Below, piece after piece: positions 10,986 to 22,349 of a DNA stretch of 27,990 nt. Position 1 is the stretch's first letter, and each line of letters starts with the position of its first letter. The position numbers and the translations under genes are program-made. The stretch comes from Octopus sinensis. Taxonomy: Eukaryota. The DNA lies in the NCBI RefSeq assembly GCF_006345805.1, contig NW_021827577.1, forward strand, positions 1-27,990, written 5' to 3'. The notes under the pieces were generated by a model. The model did not search any database and had not been told where the DNA came from. It saw only the letters and a program-made list of their open reading frames with translations.

Positions 10986-11170
10986 TATCGCAGCTGCAAT
11001 TTCCATTGATGTTGATCGACTTCGATTTTGGTTCTGATTTGATTTGGTTTGATTTTGATTTTCACTTGCCTCAACGGGTCTTCACAAGTGTAGTTTTGTG
11101 TCCCAAGAAGGAAAGGTATGTATATGTCGACTGGCTACATACCAGGTAGAGGCCACAGGTTATGGTCCCA

Positions 11171-14102
11171 CTAGTCTTGCCGGGTCTTCTCATGCACAGC
11201 ATACTTCCATAGGTCTCGGTCTCTAGTCATTTCCTTGGTGAGACCTAAAGTACGAAGGTCGTGCTTCACCACCTTGTCCCAGGTTTTCCTGGGTCTACCT
11301 CTTCCACAGGTTCCCTCAACTGCTAGGGTGTGGTACTTTTGCACACAACTATCTTCAGCCATTCTCGTCACATGACCATACCAGCGCAAACGTCTCTCTT
11401 GCACACCACAACAGATGCTTCTTAGGTCCAACTTTTCTCTCAAGGTACTTACACTCTGTTGATTATGAACACTGACATTACACGTCCATCGGAGCATACT
11501 GGCTTCATTTCTTGCAAGCTTACGCATATCCTCAGCAGTCACAGCCCATGTTTCACTACCATGTAGCGTGGCTGTATGTACACATGCATCATACAGTCTG
11601 CCTTTTACTCCGAGCAAGAGGCCTTTTGTAACCAGCAGGGGTAAGAGCTCTCTAAACTTTGCCCAGGCTATTCTTACTCTAGCAGTTACACTTTCAGCAC
11701 ACCCACTCCCGCTACTGACTTGGTCACCTAGGTAGCAGAAGCTATCAACTACTTCTAGTTTTTCTCCCTGGAACGTGGTAGAAGTTGGTCTCTGCACATT
11801 TTCAGTGTTTATTTCTCCTGAGCATCTGCCACAGACAGAAACTATTTTGCCAGTTAGCCTTCCTTTGACATTGCTACACCTCTTATGTGTCCATAGCTTA
11901 CACTTGGTGCACCTTATAGAGTTTCTACCTAGCCTTTTTTACAGATCGAGCAGGGCCATCTACCTGAAGGCGTTTGTGATTGTTCTACCTTCCTACTTAT
12001 TTGGACTTTGGTTTTGACTAGGTTGATTCTGAGGCCCTTCGATTCTAAACCTTGCTTCCACACTTGAAACTTCTCCTCCAGTTCTGATAGTGACTCAGCA
12101 ATTAGAGCAAGGTCATCAGCATAAAGGAGCTTCCAGGGGCATCCTGTCTTGAATTCCTCCGTTATTGCCTAGAGGACTATGATAAATAGGAGGGGACTGA
12201 GGACTGAACCTTGGTGGACCCCTACCTCTACCCGGAATTCTTCACTGTACTCGTTGCCAACCCTCACCTTACTAGCAGCGTCTCTGTACATGGCTTGCAC
12301 AGCTCTCACTAACCATTCATCTATCCCTAGTTTCCTCATTGACCACCAGATACGGGATCGGGGGACTCTGTCGAAGGCTTTCTCCATGTCAACAAAAGCC
12401 AGGTACAGGGGCTTATCTTTGGCTAGGTATTTCTCCTGCCGCTGTCTTACCAGGAATATAGCATCAGTAGTACTTTTCCCTGGCACGAACCCAAACTGCA
12501 TCTCATCTAAGCTAACTCTCTCTCTAATTAATTGGGCTATGACCCTCTCCGTAACCTTCATTACCTGATCCAGCAGCTTGATACCCCTGTTGTTATTTGT
12601 ATCTAGGGTGTCACCTTTACCTTTGTAGCATTTGACTATTATGCTGCTACACTAGTCATTGGGTATGACTCCTTCGTGTATCACCTGGTTAACTATACGG
12701 GTGACTAGGCTATAGCCGACACTACCAGATATTTTGAGCATCTCTGCAGTAATTCCTGATGGGCTTTCCCTGTTTTCATGCTTGTAATTGCCTTAACTAC
12801 TAAGGAACTGTCAACTCGGATTGCTGGTCCCTCTGTTGGGTCGACATTCTGCAGACTCTCTTTATCCCATTCATTTTCCTCATTCAGCAACCTTTCATAG
12901 TAGCGTCTCCAAACCTCTCTCTTTGCATCCTCATTTAACGCAAGTGAACCATCATCCATGCGAACACATTTCTCTCCTACCACATCATGATTCTCTCTCA
13001 CACACTGTCTTGCAACATGAAATACCTCAAGTGTTTCATCCTCACGGCGCAGAACATTGGCAAATTTTTTCTTATCTGCTTCCCCTCTGGCTAAATATAC
13101 CTGCCTCCTAGCTTCCCTTCTGGCAGTCTGATACACTTCACTGCTACCACCGTTCTTCCAGTCCTTCCAAGCCTGTTTCTTCTGTCTAATAGCCCTGTCA
13201 ACAATATTGTTCCACCTCCACGTCATTTTGGGTCTTCAGGGGACTTTGCACCAGCCACAGATCTGGTCAGTGGCTTTCAGCAGGTTGTCCCTTAGAAGCG
13301 TCCAGTTGTTTTCTACCCCATGTGTAGCTATACTCCCTTCTATTTCGTCAAAGGCTTCAAGTAATATGTCTCTAAATCTCTGTCCATTCCCAGGGTCTTT
13401 AAGCTTCTAGACCCTTCTTCTCCATGTTGGTCGTCTTCTAGTCGTCCTCTTAGTCCTGATCCTAAAGTCGCTAACTACCAGTCTATGTTGTGGGGTACAT
13501 TCTTCACCTGGGAAGGTTTTAGCATTTATAAGCAGCCATCTTTCCTTTTTTCTGGCAAGGATGTAGTTGATATGGCTAGTATGCCGGCCTGATCGGTAGG
13601 TGACCAAGTGGCTTGTCGGTTTCCTGAAGTTAGTGTTGCAAACCATAAGACTATTCGCATCACAGAACTCCAGCAGCCTGGTTCCCTCCTCATTGCGGGA
13701 ACCATAACTGTAGCCTCCATGTACGCCATGGAAGCCCCCAGCATATCGTCCAACATGCCCATTGAAGTCACCAGCCACAAAGAGAAGGTCCCTGTCATAC
13801 GTCAATGAGGTGGTCTGCAGTAGGGTGTCATAGAAACGGTCTTTCTGTCCATCGGGTAGCCCTGGCTGAGGTGCATAGGCCGATATAATAGTTGCTAAAC
13901 TATGATGGAGCACTAATCTAATCTTCAGTATTTTGTCACATACTCTGACTACCTCGATTACCTTATCTACCCATTTTTCGGCGATAAGTATACCCACACC
14001 CCCGACCCCATCAGTATTCCCAGCCCAGAAAATCTTGTTCCTCTGTTCTTTGTCTGTGAGGAACCTAGCAGAACCTCCTCTCCACCTCACTTCTTGAATA
14101 CA
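11171..14102 (-). pseudogene. RTE ORF: APE endonuclease, RT, PHD-finger insertion and C-terminal domain, with several frameshifts and stops
   Basis: APE: GVGILI, AYAPQ, AGDFNGHVG. RT: QFGFVPGKST, FVDMEKAFDRVP, GVHQGSVLSPLLF, LLYADD. C-terminus: FCYLG, RRLRWYGHV, GRGRPRKTW. Stop at 11171-11173. Confidence 0.93.
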
Positions 14103-14136
14103 TCATATATATAATATATAATATATATAATATATA

Positions 14137-14186
14137 TCAACCCGTGCTAGCGAGGAAAACGGCCGTTAAACGATGATGATGATGAT
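14137..14186 (+). mobile_element. 50-bp extreme 3' end of a related RTE subfamily with a (GAT)5 tail
   Basis: CAACCCGTGCTAGCGAGGAAAACGGCCGTTAAAC(GAT)n versus CAACCCATACTAGCATGGAAAGCGGACGCTAAAT(GAT)n at the 3' end of the large RTE. Confidence 0.85.
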
Positions 14187-14364
14187 TATATATATATAAT
14201 ATATATATATATAATATATATATATAATATATATAATATATATATATTATATATATATAATATATATATAATATATATAATATAAACATATATAATATTA
14301 TATATATATAATATATATAATATATATATATATAATATATATAATATATACATATATATATATA

Positions 14365-14405
<41 letters not shown>

Positions 14406-14443
14406 TATATATATTCATATACATATATATATATATATACATA
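14187..14443. repeat. (TA)n microsatellite with TAA interruptions
   Basis: Direct reading. Confidence 0.96.
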
Positions 14444-14480
14444 GTTAAAAAAAGAAGGGTGGAAACACACTAAAATATAT

Positions 14481-14670
14481 TTAACCCTTTTGCATTTAAT
14501 CAATCCATATCCATCCCACATATTGCACCTGTCTTATGCTAAAGATGATCACTTACCCTACAGTCTCATTTTAAAAGTATACAGCCACACCATTGTAATC
14601 CTGAAGTTACAAGATAATCTGTGATTAATTCAAAACAGTTTGAAATAATAAGCAATATATTTGGCAAAGA
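14481..14670. mobile_element. Degenerate TTAA-type (piggyBac-like) non-autonomous DNA element, one end only
   Basis: Starts TTAA|CCCTTTTGCATT. The internal AAGTTACAAGATAAT..TGATTAATTCAAAACA resembles an abundant octopus repeat as recalled, not verified. No matching second TIR seen. Confidence 0.35.
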
Positions 14671-15283
14671 AATATATTTGTTACATAGCAACTTTTTATA
14701 AAATACTAAGAAATGAAATTCAAAAGTTAGGGCATAAGAAAAGATTGGAAAATTGGAAAGAGTTTGTTGTCATATGTTGTTAATATTTGAGAGGATGTAT
14801 GAAATTTCATATTAGAATATCTTGATTTTCAAGTTGTCAAGTTTTAGGAGTTATATTAAATTTGAAAAGAATTCTTCCAAATCAAATAGCAAGTTTGTAT
14901 TCAGGACATGGTTAGCTGTGTGTGTATGTGTTTTTTTAGAGTGGTGTATGCTATTTCCAGGAAGGAAATATGTCAAAACAATTTTTATTTCTTGTTTTTT
15001 TATATCCAGAAAATGCTTAGCTGCATGTATATATATATTTTTTAAAGAAGGTTGCTGTGCAATGTTGGAACAATGCAAAAAGGTACAAAATAATTTACAA
15101 AAGGAAAAGAAAAAGAAACAAAGTTGCAGTTTTACCTTGTATTTCTATATTTTGGAGTGAAGACCACTTTTTCAGGACATTTGGTAAAAGCAGTAGTTGG
15201 AAAAAGTTGTTCAGATGTGTGCGGGGTAAGGAGATTGGGGAGGATGGAGGAAGGTGCCATGCAGACTGGTGTTGCTATAGCAA

Positions 15284-17310
15284 CTAGTGTGCATCATGTA
15301 GTTCCTTCCTGTTGTTCATGGCTGGTCTCAATTTGTTTATAAGGAGGACTTCCATAATTCTGAGATTGTCCTGTTTCATTGGGTTGTCCTAATGGAAACT
15401 GGGAGATTCTGAGTATGGCACTTCCTAAGGTGTTTCTTTAAAGAAGTGTCCATGTGCATATGCTCCTTTATTCGGATATGCAGTTTACAAGTAGTGTTCC
15501 CTATGTAGGATGCTACACATTTACTGTAGATTATTTCATATACTATATAGGCCCTTGAACATGCTTTGATGTTGTTAAAGGGGCAGCCAGTGCTCTCTGT
15601 GGTATTTTTCCTCGACAGAACTTTCCTCAGGGATGGACTGGTGTGCACCAATTGTATGTGGAGTTTCTCTCTGTGGATGTTATGTTGAATAGATGCAGTT
15701 GTTCTGTTATCCAAGTAGGGTAGTTTAAGAATGCACTTTTTGAACTTGGTGTTATGGGCTTTCTTATGTTGTTTACCCACTTTTATATTTTGTGGATGCA
15801 GTCATTTAGCTGCAGGTGGTAGGTAGCTGTTGTATGCTAAGTTTCTGAGGAACTGCTTGGTCTTGGTAACTTTGTTGCTTTGCTGCATCTGTCTCTTATA
15901 TGTGTGATCTCATTCTGCATGTATGCAACTTTGGCTCTGGTGGGCATGGCTAATTTATAATGTATGAATAGATTCCTACTGACTACTTTTCTATAAATAT
16001 TTATGTAGATGTAACCCTCATTCATGATCTTGACTTGGAAATCTAGCAGAGAGAAGATTCGATTTTGAATTTGATATGGTTGTCAATTTTGTTGAACTTT
16101 TGATGTGTGGCAGTCACTTCTTCATGAGAGTAGGTGAACATCAGGATGTCATCGATGTACCTTGAGAAGAAGACGTATGAGTGGCAGGTGTTAAGTGCCA
16201 TGTGTTTGAATTGATCCATGTAGGAGATGGCCAGCTGACCTGAGAGGCTGGATCCCATTGTAGACTTGAGATCTGTTTATATACTTCACCATTGTATTGG
16301 AAGTAGGTGTTACCTACTATAATGACTAGTAGTTCACATTGTGTTTAATGGATTTCAGACGGGGGTGGAAGAGGGGCAAGAATTTTATTGAATTATCAAT
16401 AAACAAATTCCTTTTCTATTGAGGAAATAGTCATCTGTGTTTATAAATTGTGTTAAATGGTTTTCAATGACAATATTAGAAATTAAAATTTGGAAAGAAT
16501 TATTTTTCTTCTGCTTTGTGGTCTGTGTGTGAGTGTGTGTGTTTGAGTGTGTCAATTAACAAATTCTTTTTCCATTGAAAATATGGCTGTGTATATATAT
16601 TGTGCTAAATGGATTTCAGGGATGGTCAACAATTGAAATGAAAGGGTTAGGAAGGAATTATGTGTGTGTGTGTGTTTGTTCTTGTGGGAAATATGTTGTC
16701 TTGTGTGTGTGTGTGTTTGTGTTTGTGTTTATGTGTGAGTGAGTGAGTGTGTGTGTACTTTGTTTTTGGGAATATGTTGTTTTGTTTTTTGGAATGTGTA
16801 GCTTTGTGTGTGTGTGTATGTATGTGTTTTTTTAATATGTTATATTGTCTTTGAGGAAGCATTTCTTTATGTGTCAAAAATTTATAGGATAGTTTGTGTG
16901 TAAACTATAGATCCTTATATATTGATTAATGATGGATGTTTCCATATTGAATTGATGAAAGAGTTCGAGCATTTGTAGAGGGGTAAGATTTTAAAGTTGG
17001 GTAAGTTAATTCCTGCACAATCTGCAACATGACTACTTAAGGGAATTTTCCATCTATTTTTGTTTTGGATCCATGGCAGCAAGTTGTTATTCTTTTGCAT
17101 AATGAAATGCCTATATGTCCTATGTAATTTTTCTGGCATCCACCACATGTGATTACGTAGTTTAAATTTTCTGAGTTGCAGGTGAAGTTTACTTTTTGCA
17201 ACTCAGCAACTTAGTTTCTCCATATCAAAGTTCAATAAGCTGAAAAAAAATTTTTTTATAGTTCATGGTTATCAACCTTAGTTACTATGAATGTCAATAA
17301 AAATCCAAAC
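15284..17310 (-). mobile_element. Decayed Penelope-like element (RT plus C-terminal GIY-YIG endonuclease), interrupted by CA-rich repeats
   Basis: Minus-strand motifs across frameshifts: IVTKVD (about 17290), LPNFKILP, NTYFQYNGEVYKQ..L.MGS, FFSRYIDDI, IYRK, LKLPYL, VYEI..SKC..SYIGNT..KLHIRIKEH, RIMEVLLINKLRPAMN. Stop at 15284-15286. Confidence 0.88.
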
Positions 17311-17490
17311 TGAGGAAATGGAGCAAATAAAATCCAGGCTACATGTTTTCTAGCTAGCAGATCCTTGAATGTAATAATTACTCAATGAAGGGTACTCCAC
17401 TAGGTACTCATCAGGCCAAAGATACTTTAGTTATATGAAGGTTACATTGTTGTTAAAGAATCCCGAGTTAACTCACTGGAGGTATAATTT

Positions 17491-17514
17491 ATACATACAT
17501 ACATACATACATAC

Positions 17515-17593
<79 letters not shown>
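17491..17593. repeat. (ATAC)n + (TA)n microsatellite
   Basis: Direct reading. Confidence 0.96.
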
Positions 17594-17597
<4 letters not shown>

Positions 17598-18146
17598 TAA
17601 CTAGTTTCATCTTTGATATTCAAAGTGTGTGTCATGTGGAGCAGTGTAGCAAACTGTCTTGTTTTTAGCTGTTGTTGTAAAAATTGTTTGTTTTTGTAGA
17701 GTGAATGTGTATCACATCACTATCAGTTAATGTATACACTGATTGGTTGTGGATGGTCATGTTGTGTGGTAAGTTTTCTGCTCTATCTGTGATAGCCATG
17801 CAAAAAGTTACATCAAAGTTTTTGTTCAGTGTATATGTTATATGACAACAATAGCTATGAAAAGTAGAGCTGTTTTATTTAGCCTTCTGGTTGTGTTTTT
17901 AGTGGCTGTGTGAGTAGCTATCATCTTAGTTAGCCAAGGCATGGTGACCTTTTAATGTCATGTACATCTGTACTCTGCACTATTTTTCACATACAGTATA
18001 CTTATATTCTTTTCAAAATTCAGCAGCACTTCTGAATTAAAAATATAACTAAAAGTATAGGGATTATAAAATAATAAATAATATGTGCATTCTTTGCTTT
18101 TATTTAAAATTAGAATAAAAATGAAAATTACAGATTTATATTTCAT

Positions 18147-19999
<1,853 letters not shown>

Positions 20000-20299
20000 T
20001 GTAGGAGTGTATTCTGTAAGAAAGTTGTTAATTTTAAGGTGCTAAAATTTTAACACTCATTTTTAACTCATACACAATTCTGTAAAATCTAAATGTATTA
20101 TAATTTAACAAATGCTGTTAATTTTGTCTGTTAAAATAAACATTTTAAAGGCATCTAAATAAGTGCCTCTAAAAATTAACACATCTGTTTATTTTGGTTT
20201 ATTTCATAAACGTAAGTTTTCATAAACATAAATGTTTATGGTTATGTGAAAAATAAATTAAGAATCGACATACTGACACAACAAACTTCCCCTCTCACA

Positions 20300-20361
20300 A
20301 GCAAAGCACTGTGTATGAAGGTAATGGGGAGAACATTACCGCTCATACACAGTGCTCTGCT
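20300..20361. other. Strong 62-nt inverted repeat (hairpin)
   Basis: AGCA-a-AGCACTGTGTATGA-a-GGTAATG-gggagaa-CATTACC-gc-TCATACACAGTGCT-c-TGCT: perfect stems of 4, 14 and 7 bp with a 7-nt loop. Confidence 0.95.
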
Positions 20362-20439
20362 GACACACGTTCACTGTGTCAACTTGTATGTTATCCTGTA
20401 TTTTATATTGTTCACCTATCTTTCAAAAGATTTTGTTCA

Positions 20440-20700
20440 AATGCACAAAATTCTGAAACTCTTCTCAAATATCAGCGGAATTTCAGCTGATACATTCAGA
20501 GATGATATAGTGAAGCAACACTTTGATGCTTGCAAATTGCTCTCATTGAGAATTCTTGCAAGTGAGAATCATCCACTACATCATGAACTATCAAAAGCTA
20601 GGTCGTCAATACATACTCAAAGCTGTGTCAAATATATTGGTGGTAGAACTTCCACATTTTCTAATTCTGTTATACCATGCCTCACCTGATTCCTTACAAA
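20440..20700 (+). mobile_element. C-terminal fragment of a non-LTR retrotransposon ORF2 (Rex1/L2-like)
   Basis: RILASENHPLHHEL...RTSTFSNSVIP matches the HPLH...RT.RF.NSFIP pattern at the end of Rex1/L2-type ORF2 proteins. Confidence 0.5.
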
Positions 20701-21169
20701 TCCCAATACAACTACCAATTCCCTCATTTAACCTTATTTTTAGCCATTCAGCACCAAGGAAGTTTTGGCAAGTAATTTTGAAAAAGTAAACATCATTTAA
20801 TAGATATTATTATCAAATATCAACCTTACCTTCAAATTGAGCTTTTGTTCAGTGATTTTTTTATTCTTCTGCTGCACACTACCTAGCGCTTTAATTTGAT
20901 TGGTTCTCTCATCATTTTGATGCAAACGACCTTCAGTCTTATATCTCAACTGACAATCAGATTCAAACTGAGAGAAGAAACCTAATTGCACCAGTTTCCA
21001 AACATTTTGTTGAATATTTCTTTTATATTTAATCTTCTTTTTTAATTCAAGCTGAAAATTTTGGTAACTTTACCAGAATAAAGTTCATTTATTTATCTAA
21101 GATACTCTGTTTATTAAAAGCAGAAACATATTTTAAAATGTATTGTTTATTTTTAAAAAAATTATATTT

Positions 21170-21244
21170 AGGTTACACTGCAGCACATCTTGCATCATCT
21201 TGTGGCACACCAGTGTGCTGCAGCATACCTGTTGTGGAGCACTG
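21170..21244 (-). mobile_element. hAT (Charlie/Buster-type) terminal and subterminal sequence, probably the 5' end of the element carrying the transposase
   Basis: Minus strand CAGTGCTCCACAACAGGTATGCTGCAGCACACTGGTGTGCCAC, a CpG-decayed form of CAGTG.TTCCCAA..GTGCCGCGGCACAC. Orientation matches the transposase. The other end was not found. Confidence 0.6.
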
Positions 21245-21350
21245 ATATGCACTGCTTTAGTGAATGTTTCAGTCTTCCTTTACAAAATATAGTGAAAATG
21301 GTTGAAAAAGAAATGTTACATTTAAACTGCTTAGAATGCATAACTGTTAT

Positions 21351-21810
21351 AAATTCTGGGTAGAGCTAGGGGTCCACCAAGGTTCGGTCCTCAGCCCCCT
21401 ACTATGTTTCATAGTCCTCCAGGCAATAATGGAGGAATTCAAGACAGGATGCCCCTGGGAGCTCCTCTATGCTGACAACCTTGCTCTAATTGCTGAGTCA
21501 CTATCAGAACTAGAGGAGAAGTTTCAGGTGTGGAAGCAAGGATTAGAATCGAAAAGTCTTAGAGTCAACCTAGCTAAAACCAAAGTCCTAATAAGTAGGA
21601 AGGCAGACAAACCACAAATCCCTTCAGGTAGTTGGCCTTGCTCGATCTGTAGAAAAAGCATAGGTAGAAACTCTATAAGATGTATGCAATGTAAGCTATG
21701 GACACATAAGAGGTGCAGCAATATCAAAGGAAGGCTAACTAGGAAGATAGTTTTTGTATGTGGCAGATGCTCAGGAGCAATAAACACTGAAAATGTGCAG
21801 AGAACAACTT
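21351..21810 (+). mobile_element. Internal fragment of the same RTE family (RT C-terminal half plus PHD finger)
   Basis: GVHQGSVLSPLL...WELLYADN...WPCSICRK..RCMQCKLWTHKRC...VCGRC, colinear with 11778-12236 in the opposite orientation. Confidence 0.93.
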
Positions 21811-22340
21811 GAGGACTCTTGTCATGGCTTCCTTCATCTTCAGAATGACTACCCTTGATGTTCACCTTCAGACTGTCAAGTAGTTGGTTACCAGGGTGTT
21901 TGTCACTCAGCGTCCAGGAAACAAATTTCGCACATGTGCAGATCTTGATAAATAATTCTGTGTACAGTTGCTACACCATCTCCAGTCTGTATGTATATTA
22001 TATTTATAGATACACAATGGTCTTCATCCAGAAAATTATGAATTTTCTCAACCAGCCCTGATGTTCTGACAGCCTTCTCCCTCTCGCATCTCTCATTGTC
22101 ACTCACTTCATCTCGAGCAATTTCAATCCTTTTGTGAAAAAGTTAATCCATAGGTAGTCTGGAGCATTTTCTGAACTTCTGTAGCATTTTTACCTAATTT
22201 AACACAAAGCACTGTTGCATAGTGAGCTTCCAAACATTCTGATTGCATTCTGTAAGTTAGTCTACTGTGACAAGCTGTGTTTAGTCACAGCCATCTTCAA
22301 TCTAGAATAACAAAATTTGCCAAGTCAGCTTATTAAATGT
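21811..22340 (-). mobile_element. Internally deleted mariner (DD34D) relic
   Basis: Minus strand: CVKLGKNATEVQKMLQTTYG, then D.ER...VRTSGLVEKI...VATVHRII..DL.M (HTH region), joined directly to a C-terminal KMKEAMTRVL-like stretch. The catalytic core is absent. Confidence 0.75.
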
Positions 22341-22349
22341 ATAGTAATG

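Larger units (their letters stand above)
10598..14103 (-). mobile_element. RTE-clade non-LTR retrotransposon, 5'-truncated inside the endonuclease domain, with a (GAT)n 3' tail
   Basis: The minus strand starts at CIQEVRWRG. (CAT)n at 10598-10620 on + is the (GAT)n tail. The 3' UTR contains the GATGCCCTTCC..CCAACC-like motif common in RTE/RTEX ends. Confidence 0.95.

Noticed and set aside
6502-13808. Antisense and alternate-frame ORFs over the LINE and RTE (e.g. 6502-6846, 7602-7877, 10650-11149, 12179-12568)
   Set aside because: Shadows of TE coding sequence or tandem repeats, with no recognisable motifs.
17385-17414. Minus-strand CTGATGA-GTAC-loop-GTAC near the 5' side of the Penelope element as a hammerhead
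   Set aside because: The required GAAA after stem II is absent (reads CCTT).
17642-17660. CAGTGTAGCAAAC as the second hAT TIR
   Set aside because: Only 5 bp match the terminus at 21244, and no shared 8-bp target duplication was found.
20246-20689. 147-aa ORF as a host gene
   Set aside because: It spans the hairpin and a LINE C-terminal fragment; a chimeric chance ORF starting at GTG.
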